From: Azolla caroliniana
Lineage: Eukaryota > Plantae > Polypodiophyta
NCBI GenBank assembly: GCA_043228905.1
Contig: JBHGNT010001102.1
Coordinates: 1 to 12,057 of the forward strand
Reading direction: 5' to 3'
Length of the DNA stretch: 12,057 nucleotides
Shown: piece after piece, positions 1-8,218 of the stretch
Position numbering within the stretch: position 1 is the first letter of the stretch
Layout: every line of letters starts with the position of its first letter
Program-made: the position numbers and the translations under genes
Notes under the pieces: generated by a model
The model's database searches: none
The model's input: only the letters and a program-made list of their open reading frames with translations
Told to the model about the DNA's origin: nothing

Positions 1-126
1 AAATGGCAACCGCGCTAAACATGCTGCATATGCTTGTTCTAACATACTTGGAGCCTTGGGTTTTGTAAACAATAATTTTGATAACGTCAGAATGATGCTC
101 CTTTTTTTGTTAAAATGTGAATCCAT

Positions 127-209
127 TCACCGAAAAAAGAACTTCCATGCTTCTCGTACGTTAGAAGATCCATCTGCAAATTCTGCTACAAGATGAGCCC
201 CCAGTAAAC
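127..209 (-). CDS. METTL18: METTL18-like exon 8 (GLLGAHLVAEFADGSSNVREAWKFFFR*)
   Basis: Acceptor TTTTCTGCCAG; stop TGA at 127-129. Confidence 0.92.
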
Positions 210-3200
210 CTGGCAGAAAAAGAAACAACTAAAAATATTATAACCATTTCATATAAAACCATGCAACCAAAATATGCACAATATGTTTGTTCCATGGTAA
301 CAATTAAGCCTTCGCAGATTAACTGAACGACCTGCTAATGGTGATAGCATGTGAACCTTATGTTACAATCACAGCTAAAACAAATCTGTTCCATTTTCTT
401 TATGGGAATCCTCGATCACAGCTGAAATTTTGGTGATAGTGTTTTCTTCATGCAGATCATCTCCTTGTTATCCTCTAGTCTGAATATTTCTAGTCTTCAG
501 ACAGATATATTGACTTGATGCCAGATGGGCATCTCTTATAGTCAGCTTTTGCGGGCTCTTCTTTGTACTGAAAACAAATCTAGTGCTCCTTTCCTTTTGG
601 TATAAAAACATGCAACCAAAATATGCACAATATGTTTGTTTCACGGTAACAATTAAGCCATCTAGTGCTCATTTCCTTTTAATAAGCATTTGAAGTTCTT
701 AAATTCCTTTTCTTTGAATGTTCCGTACTCTTTGAAGTTCTTATATCACGTCTCTTTGTAATGTATTCTGGGTTTTGCCCTAACACATGTTTCAAATCTT
801 AAAAAGACTGCTATAATAACATCATTTTTTGCACCTCAATAATAAGGTTTCCCACCAGTAATATATTACTATAACTTAGAATATATGAAAACTAAAAGAG
901 CATACCATCTTCTTCCACAACATGTTTGAATGCACGGGTTCCTCCACCAACACCAAAGTAGTGCTTTTTGCCAGCCAAATATGCAATACCATATGGTGGC
1001 CGAAGGCACTGCAAGATTCAACACATTCATGGATCTCAGAAATGGCTAACGCAAGACCTACAAATATCTCTAAAATTGAAAATCAGAAAACAGTGCTGAC
1101 TTTTATTTTTTTCGCAAATGCCAGTGCCAAAAATTCACGCAAACATTGCCAAATGTACTAGAAAAGTTTGTCTTTCTAGTTCCTTGATCTTGCTCTTAGA
1201 AAGACAAACTTTTCTAGTACATTTGGCAATGTTTGCGTGAATTTTTGGCACTGGCATTTGCGAAAAAAATAAAAAATAAAAGTCAGCATGGTTTTGGAAT
1301 ATAGATCCTTAAAAAGAGAAACTTCAAGGAATATAGATTTGGAATACCTTCATTATAAGTGCATATAGCTTTGGTAAAGCTGCTATCGAATAGACAGTTT
1401 CTGACATCAGAATGATGTCATAACCACCTTCCAAAGCACCAGCGTCATCTGTGGCCCTCTCACATGCTCGGCTGCTAGATAATTTCCTCGCATGTCTTTT
1501 TGGCAAAGACGTATTGGGGTTTGTACTATCATGTTTCTCAATGACGTCTTGAGTAGAACCTTCTTGTAAGCGTTCTGCTTCTTGGCTGACACCATTCTGT
1601 GTGCCTGTGCTGATGCCTATCTCATCAAGGGGCCCTGGATCAAATATTGAAAGCAAACTCTCCATCTGACTCCAATCTCCAGCATAATAGTGTATATCAG
1701 GTGTCAGTTGTTTCGCCTTGTTTGGAGCTTGACCACATTCACCTTGATGAATTTGTCGAACATGAACCAGATTCTCGGTCACATTCCGGATTGTTAAGCT
1801 TCGTAAAACCTCAACATTAAAATCCTGGAAGTGTACGGTTGATGCTCCCTGGGCAAAACAGAGATGAAAATGAGCTCTACGTCCTTGAACAAGTGTATTC
1901 TCTTGAAGACAACATTAAGGAAGTGCAAAATAATGTGTGGATCGTGGGTGAGAAAGACAGAAAGATTATATTAACATCTCTAGAGACCCAAAAATCTAGA
2001 TATTAAATGATATTGAATCCAAAGCTCTGTGAAATGAAATTGAATACAGAAAGAAAGAACGACCAAATTTACGTCCACAGAATACCTTCGAGGTATATGA
2101 GACCAAAACTAATAATACACTTTGAGAGAGAGAGAAAGTGAAACATTCTACATCTTTGGTAACAGAGATTTTTATCAGTAATTTAATCTTTCAACTAACA
2201 TTAAGGTTTCCTAACAGTAACATAATGCATTGCCAAAAAAAGCTATGCCTTTTACGATAACAGAGAAAAAAACATGTTTTTCACAATGAGAGAGAGAGAG
2301 AGAGACCTTAAGGCAGGCATATATTCCAGGTAGACCATGACCACACCCAAGCTGATTTCATGCACAGCAAAAATTTAGTGATTCCGAAAAAGAAATACAC
2401 AATATATAACTTTTCACTGGGAAATAGCACTAATACTGACTTCTAACACACGCTTTCCTCTGAATGACAGCCTTCCATCTTTGATTTCATCTTGCAGAAT
2501 GTTTACGAGGTCAGCTGTGCACTCCCACAACTTTAAGCCCCCTGTGAAATAACATGTTTTTCAGAAATTGAATGAATCAAGACCCCAAAAATAAATCACA
2601 GATGTCAACAGCCCTAGAAGAATACCTTCATATTTTCCTGGAACAAGATCAGTGTTCCCTACACCAAGTATCTCAGTTGAATTGACCCGACCCTACAGCA
2701 GTTTCAAATTATCATACAATCATGCTTATATTTTCACGAAACATGAGCACCAATGAAAATTGTGAATTGTGCAGATGACAAGGAACATTGATTGAGACAG
2801 TGGAGGAAAATTACTCATGCACTCTTGATCCAATGTTGTTGGGTATCAAGCATGTTAGACAAGTGCTTATTGCATGGTGTGTTTGTGAAGACCTATAAAT
2901 AGGAATTCCTTCTTTGCAATTGAACACTGAAGAAGATAAAACCATTTGAGGGGGAAAATGAGTGATTGTGAAGAGCTTAGCAAATAGCTAAGACTGAGTG
3001 AGTGTAAAAACCACAGTTTTTAAAGCTAAGTAAGGTTGAGAGTAAATTAAGAGTATTTTCACATATTCCTCTTGTAATCTTCTCAGTGAAGTTGAGAGTA
3101 AATTAAGAGTATTTTCACATATTCCTCTTGTAATCTTCTCAGTGAAAATGGTAGACAGAGGCAATCTTTGAACCACGTAAATTTCTCATGTCCTTGCTTT

Positions 3201-4376
3201 CATTTTGTTTTCAATTGCTTTTAGTTCCATATCAACTTGGCCAACAGTATCATAATTATACCCTTTGGCCCAACAAAACTCCATTGGGATTACTGGACCT
3301 AGAGAGCCAAGCACAAATATTAAGCATGAATTTGTCATTCAACATAAATATGACTTCTTTGTGGAAAAAATGACCTATGACGAAGCCATCAAAATCCTTA
3401 TATTTTTATAGTAATATTTTTCATTGCAATATACCACTACCTTTGAATGTGCTCAAGTCTGCCTTCACTTTTGAGATTCAATAATTGTCTGGAATTGGTT
3501 TGCAAACAGGGAGAGAAATAGCTAACATCTACAACAATGCACTGATGACAAGACGATCTATAGGTGCACTCTATATCACAAGTTTTCATAATATTAAGAA
3601 TCGAAAATATACCTTCAACAAGACAAGTCCACCCTGTAAGTTGATGGGCTCAGTTGCAAAGGACTTGGAATTCACCACCTAAAAAAGTAATCAAAGAATT
3701 TATGAATTAAATGAATGTGAACGATTCACAAATTGAGAACCCTGAAAAACTCATATGCATACACACACACACACACACACACATATGTATGTATTATACA
3801 TAAATATACATATATGTATACTTATTGGACAGATATTTACAGATATGCATACATACACTCATGTGTGTATAGCTGAAGGACGTGTATTGACTTATTAATC
3901 TATATGCATAAAAATGTGCACGACATATATGTGTATGCATATAAACATATAAACACGCATACTCGTATGTATGTCTACATGTTTAGCTTAAATTTTTTGA
4001 TGTTATTCAATCAAATACGCCAGAGAAATTCACACCATGATTCGTGTCATACCAGGATTGAAGCTAAACAGGAAGAAAGAAAACTAGAAAAACAAAATAT
4101 ACACGCCAATTTTGAAGGAAAGAAGAAACGGATAAGGTATGGTAGGAAGCATGAATCGCTTACATCTGAAGGAAAAACCTCCATAGCAGGAGGGAAAGAG
4201 TTGTGTCCTTCTTCTTCATCCTCTCCGCCGTCTTCTTGTTTTCTCTTTTGTTTGTGTAGCTGCTGCTGCTGCTGCTGCTGTTGCGTAGCGAGGCATTGAC
4301 TCTTGTCGCCGCTATTACTGAGATTAAGACAGCTATGGGGGCCAGGCAAGCAGGAAAACAGAGAGTGAGACTTCAT
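127..4376 (-). CDS. METTL18: Histidine protein methyltransferase 1 homolog (METTL18/HPM1 family, class I SAM-dependent MTase). 8 exons: join(4164-4376,3613-3678,2626-2692,2441-2541,2307-2351,1348-1848,906-1008,127-209), 1179 nt, 392 aa
   Basis: Manual splicing at GT..AG junctions gives an uninterrupted ORF with family motifs YEGGLKLWE, KRVLELGCGHGLPG (SAM-binding motif I), VHFQDFN, YDIILMSETVY, KKHYFGVGGG and DGSSNVREAWKF, ending in TGA at 127-129. Confidence 0.93.
252..680. repeat. Intronic dispersed 59-bp duplication (252-310 / 601-659); second copy lies between 21-bp direct repeats (578-598 / 660-680)
   Basis: The 59-mers differ at 3 positions; the flanking ATCTAGTGCTC(C/A)TTTCCTTTT copies differ at 1. 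Confidence 0.9.
906..1008 (-). CDS. METTL18: METTL18-like exon 7 (CLRPPYGIAYLAGKKHYFGVGGGTRAFKHVVEED)
   Basis: Acceptor TTGCAG, donor GTATGC; 103 nt. Confidence 0.93.
1094..1288. repeat. Long intronic inverted repeat (78-bp perfect stem, 18-nt loop)
   Basis: 1101-1178 is the exact reverse complement of 1197-1274; after a 7-nt bulge, 1094-1100 pairs with 1282-1288. Confidence 0.95.
1348..1848 (-). CDS. METTL18: METTL18-like exon 6 (GASTVHFQDFN...YDIILMSETVY...LIMK)
   Basis: Acceptor TTTTGCCCAG, donor GTATTC; 501 nt; overlaps track ORF 1324..1782(-) in the same frame. Confidence 0.93.
2288..2305. repeat. (GA)n microsatellite at the intron 5 donor
   Basis: Direct reading. Confidence 0.85.
2307..2351 (-). 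CDS. METTL18: METTL18-like exon 5 (LGCGHGLPGIYACLK), SAM-binding motif I
   Basis: Acceptor ATCAG, donor GTCTCT; 45 nt in frame. Confidence 0.92.
2441..2541 (-). CDS. METTL18: METTL18-like exon 4 (GGLKLWECTADLVNILQDEIKDGRLSFRGKRVLE)
   Basis: Acceptor CACAG, donor GTCAGT; conserved motifs. Confidence 0.93.
2626..2692 (-). CDS. METTL18: METTL18-like exon 3 (GRVNSTEILGVGNTDLVPGKYE)
   Basis: Acceptor CTGTAG, donor GTATTC; DLVPGxYEGG motif spans the junction with exon 4. Confidence 0.92.
2837..3275 (+). mobile_element. Solo-LTR-like remnant (Copia-like) in intron 2
   Basis: TGTTGGG (2837) ... CCCAACA (3275; alternative end CCAACA at 3246) inverted termini; CTATAAATAG TATA box near 2893; GAACCACGTAAAT near 3170, which I recall from plant Copia LTRs. 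No clean TSD found. Confidence 0.55.
3035..3146. repeat. Perfect 56-bp tandem duplication
   Basis: 3035-3090 is identical to 3091-3146. Confidence 0.95.
3613..3678 (-). CDS. METTL18: METTL18-like exon 2 (VVNSKSFATEPINLQGGLVLLK)
   Basis: Acceptor TTTTTTAG, donor GTATAT; 66 nt in frame; LLK joins GRV of exon 3. Confidence 0.85.
3761..3783. repeat. (AC)n microsatellite followed by TA/CA-rich low-complexity DNA in intron 1
   Basis: Direct reading. Confidence 0.9.
4164..4376 (-). CDS. METTL18: METTL18-like exon 1 (MKSHSLFSCLPG...polyQ...PPAMEVFPSD)
   Basis: ATG at 4376 with an in-frame TGA 6 nt upstream; donor GTAAGC starts at 4163; 213 nt, phase 0. Confidence 0.85.
4260..4283 (-). repeat. Coding CAA(CAG)7 polyglutamine tract (Q8)
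   Basis: Lies within exon 1. Confidence 0.9.
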
Positions 4377-4379
4377 AGC

Positions 4380-4466
4380 TCAAGAAATGCAATCCTTCAC
4401 CTCTGCCGATGAGGCCTCAGCCACTTTATCTGTGTGAGTTTTGAGATCAAATGGGTTTTCTCGCAT
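4380..4466 (-). promoter_or_regulatory. Putative 28-aa uORF, in frame with the main ORF (MRENPFDLKTHTDKVAEASSAEVKDCIS*)
   Basis: ATG at 4466; ends TGA-GCT-ATG at the main start. Whether it is transcribed is unknown. Confidence 0.4.
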
Positions 4467-4506
4467 TTGTTCACGAAATTCCTCCCTGCAGGCGTGACGA
4501 AAGTTA

Positions 4507-4551
4507 CTACATGATCATCATCTGACAGAAACAGAGACAGAAGACCGACAT
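4507..4551 (-). promoter_or_regulatory. Putative 14-aa uORF (MSVFCLCFCQMMIM*) ending ATG-TAG-TAA
   Basis: Four in-frame ATGs and a double stop; immediately downstream of the GAA repeat on the minus strand. Confidence 0.3.
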
Positions 4552-4596
4552 TTCTTCTTCTTCTTCTTCTTCTTCTTCTTCTTTTCTTCTTCTTCT
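4552..4596. repeat. (CTT)n/(GAA)n microsatellite in the promoter/5'UTR region
   Basis: Direct reading. Confidence 0.9.
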
Positions 4597-4971
4597 ACTT
4601 CTAGAATGCTTAGGGCCAGAAAAGAGCACTAACATTTTTACGTAGAAATGGGAATTTACCCAAATACCCCTCCATCCTCTCAAGTTTCAGGAAATTGCAA
4701 AAAATACCCCTCCTCTCTCTTTGTCTTTATCATAGTTTCCTTAATTCTTACCCTATAAAATGGTAAGTTTTGTTACACTCTTAGCTCTAGGTCGTTGGTT
4801 CAAAACCCGATTTTCTCACCACTCTATTACTCCATACATATCCGCTCTCTCTCTCTCTCTCTTTTTATCGTAATTACCTTACCCTAGTGGTAAGTTGTTA
4901 GCACTATAAGCATAATTTCCTCACATCTCTATTATATACTTCTTATATATCTCTTAATTCACTAAATGCCA

Positions 4972-5046
4972 CTGTGGAATGTAGGGGTTGAACCCATGAC
5001 CACCTGGTCTCCATTGGGCAACCTTACCAACTAAGCTACATCCATC
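4972..5046 (-). mobile_element. tRNA-derived SINE head or tRNA pseudogene fragment
   Basis: Pol III A-box TAGCTTAGTTGG (5027-5038) and B-box-like GGTTCAACCCC (4984-4994), 32 nt apart. No complete cloverleaf could be built by eye. Confidence 0.55.
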
Positions 5047-5649
5047 TAGGCTCTCTCTCTCTCTACCATGGTCTAGATGATCATTTAGGTGTTGTTGCAC
5101 CCCCCTCCCCCCCCCACCTCTTGTGTCGCTCACTCGAAGCAAAAGAATTATTGCTCTTTGTGCTATATAATAGCTTGCATGCCAAATTGTCGTCAAATGA
5201 GGAGCCATATGTGCTCCCTTTGTTCATTATGTGATGTTAGCATTTGTGGCTTGGCTTTAAGATGCACAACACAGTGCCATAGGAACTTGGGAGGGGGGGG
5301 GTCAATATATGTAGTTGGTCCAGTGATATGCAACATTGATGTTTTCATATAAATCCAGTTGAAAAAGGAAACTAATGCTAATAAGCCATGAAGGAAACAT
5401 CGGATAAAGGAGTGGCCGATCTAGCCTTAAAGTTGTGTGTTTTTTTCTTCTATGGGAATCATGACCTTTTGCCGATTGATGGGGCTTTCCTTGGGAAAAT
5501 TTGTGGTTGGGCGCCAATGGTCCTATATATAGCCACGAGTTTACTCCCTTGTGTACAATTAAATTCCTTGAAATGCATCCTTCGTGCGACCATGCTGTGA
5601 GTGTGGGGCCATGATGTTAATAGTATGAACCATGGTTGCATATCATATT

Positions 5650-6660
5650 GTCAAGAACAATACCACCCTCTCATCTGAGGTATTTGAGGAGCACTTTATG
5701 GCATTAATAATGATTTGTCTTGTTAATGAGTTAAACCGTCATATTAATTGTGATGATGCTTGTAATTGTGTGGGGATGAACAACTCTTCCTATATCAACA
5801 AATCAAGTGGCTCAAGCCCTTGTGCATTGGTCATGTTCCCTCGAAGGCACCCATGTGCCTTTCGTCTAGCAACTTTGAGAGATGCTCGACTTGAACATTC
5901 ATTTTATACTCTCTATTGTGAACAATAATCTCAATTATTAATGGAATTCATATTGCATTATCAAAGCCTTGGCTCTTTAATAACTTCGTTTCGTTTAAAA
6001 TTTTGAAAGAGGAATAACTTCCAATGTCAAACACATCTTTATCAAAGGCAACTCCTTATTATTCCACTACATTATGGCTTAATTTATTCATTGAAGGGTC
6101 ATGTAGAACACATGACTTTACCTCTTGTACTATGTTTTATACCCCTACTTCTTCTTTATTTGTACATCGGAACTTTGCAACTCACATGATTGTTTGTTAG
6201 TAAAAGAATGCTTAACATTTTGTTTATGGGATTATGAATCATACTCACAGGATTAATATTTTGTTTAGGGTATTATAAATAATACTTACATATAATATAT
6301 AAATTACGCTACTTAAAATATTCTCTCTAAGATGTGCTATATGAAAACAAGTGCTCAAATAAATTCGCCAAGAAAGTGCATCAAGTCGATATTTATCTTG
6401 TTGCATATGCACAAAAAGAGAGTGTATGTTTTCTAGTGATGGTTCATGAACACAAAAAACGTGTTTGGCCTTTGTCCGTATGTTATAACTTATGACTAAA
6501 TTAAAGGCAAATGTGAGAGTTCCATGTAAATGTGCATCCATGAATAAGACATTTTATGCCAAGTTATGGATTCCTCGTGTGATAGTTAAGCAAAAAGAGC
6601 ACTTACATCATAAAAGAAAATTTTATGAATCATTTCAATGTGGATGCATTTTGCTTTTTA
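5650..6660 (-). mobile_element. Highly degenerate Gypsy integrase C-terminus/chromodomain relic
   Basis: Frame-broken peptides resembling integrase (DAHLHGTLTFAFN, ITYGQRP) and chromodomain (GTWVPSR/MTNAQ) occur in the expected order, followed by a purine tract GAGAGGGTGGTA-T-TGT near 5660-5672. Pattern-level resemblance only. Confidence 0.35.
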
Positions 6661-6672
6661 CAAATTCAAAAG

Positions 6673-7120
6673 TGTTAAGAATTAGGTAAGTAATTAAGCA
6701 AGGATTAATTAGTACCTAATTATGTGATTAGTTGATAAGCGGAAGATTAAGTGATATGTGTGTATGTGTGTGAGAGGAAGAGAGAGAGAGAGAGAGAGAT
6801 ACACTTATGAATAACACAAGATGGGGGATGAGTAAGTATATTAACTTAGCATTATCATCATCAAAATACAAAAATACCCACAATGAGGTATATATACATT
6901 TCATGTGCAAAGGTGCACATGTGTGAGTAGAATATAGGTACTAATGTGTAAGTCCTATATTAAATGTACTTAGGAGTGGAGGATCTAGAATATCCCACTT
7001 AAGTACAAGGTCCTATTTAAGGCGTTCTAGTCAACACTTCTAACTAGATTCTATCTAGGTAACTACGAAGTTACATTGTTGACTAACTAACTAAACTAAA
7101 TTGAGCTTGATCTCTCAACA
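6673..7120 (-). mobile_element. Solo LTR, 448 bp, 5-bp TSD AAAAG
   Basis: Termini TGTTAAGA...TCTCAACA (7/8 inverted match); AAAAG at 6668-6672 and 7121-7125; TATATATA followed by a (CT)n tract on the minus strand suggests the orientation. Confidence 0.8.
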
Positions 7121-7622
7121 AAAAGTAATACTCATATGTCTCAATACGTGTCCATGTTGACTAATGGCAATAAATAGAATTTAGTGTTGTATGATTAGGA
7201 GTAAGAAATGATGGTGTGTATTGCTTTAAACATTATCATGAAGATTTGAGCATTGCATTGTAAATCCACATAAAAGTATGAGTTTTATGTGAAATTACAT
7301 TGCAAATCCACATATAAGTACCATGTTGTGCATACATGTAGATGTGTCGCATTCATCTATAAAACATAATTGACTACTCTATCATATAAGCACATCATGG
7401 ATTACCAAATGAATTGTATTCCTTTTTAAACAAGGATTTATTATTAGTTGTAGTGTTCAAGTACCTATTGTCCACTTGATTGGCATGAATATTGACACTA
7501 ACATGCATTAGAATGTGGCAACTTGGTAGAATGCAGGAATGAGTAGTTTCCAAAGTGCATAAAGACAAATGCAATCAAGTTGTAAAGAGGTAGAAAAGGT
7601 AATGAGTTAGCTTCTTTGAAAT

Positions 7623-8218
7623 TGTTAGGATCTCGGTCCCTCCGGATGGGATACAAAGGCCCGGCATCAGAAGACCCAATGAGAACCGGATGACGAGTAT
7701 CTGGCAAGGAAGACCCAGTGAGAACCGGATGTTGCAGGCCCGGTGAGAACCTCTCACCGGATGAAGGGACATATATGTAGATATGTTTCTGAGAGCCCAT
7801 TGGGGCTATATCTGTAAATAGTCCTAATGTCATATTAGTATAAATGTGACCTAGGGCAAACAATGTGTATTTTATTATTATCATAGTTGTTGTTATTATC
7901 TTTGTATAGTGTTATTGGTGTAACGACTGTACTGAGAGAAAGAGAGAGAGCGATACAGAGCATGTCTCTATTGTAACCGCCGCAAGGCGAAGATTGTGAG
8001 CAAGAGGTCATTGTCTTTGTACTCCCTGTTGTACTCCTTGACATAGTGATAGTTTGGAGTATGTGGTTTTTCCCTCTCAGGGTTTTCCACGTTAACATCC
8101 TGTGTATTCTCTTTCTGTTTGTGTACTTACCTCCATTCCCATTTCTTTTGTGTTTGATTGTCATCAAGTGATCTACGCTTCGGTTGTGGCTGGAGATTAT
8201 TTTGCATATTTCTCGTCA
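7623..8218 (+). mobile_element. Solo LTR, 596 bp, 5-bp TSD GAAAT
   Basis: TG...CA termini; GAAAT at 7618-7622 and 8219-8223; U3-like repeats at 7671-7760; TATAAAT near 7839; GGGTTTTCCACGT near 8080. Confidence 0.85.

Noticed and set aside
922-1161. 79-aa + strand ORF
   Set aside because: Antisense to exon 7 and running into the hairpin; no recognisable motif.
2080-2096. ATACCT-TCG-AGGTAT mini-hairpin with a donor-like AAG|GTATTC
   Set aside because: Too short to be significant, and the protein is complete without an extra exon.
2988-3176. 62-aa ORF and CRISPR-like appearance of the repeat
   Set aside because: A simple two-copy tandem duplication without spacers in a eukaryotic intron.
3904-4299. 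131-aa + strand ORF with poly-Cys
   Set aside because: Antisense reading of the CAG repeat and low-complexity intron 1.
4972-5046. Functional tRNA gene
   Set aside because: The anticodon arm and a 7-bp acceptor stem could not be formed convincingly, and the B-box deviates from GGTTCGA.
4954-5928. Cluster of 60-98-aa ORFs on both strands
   Set aside because: No coherent domains or splice structure; consistent with chance ORFs in decayed TE sequence.
7498-8167. Minus-strand ORFs of 128, 65 and 110 aa
   Set aside because: They lie largely within the solo LTR or cross its boundary; no protein motifs.
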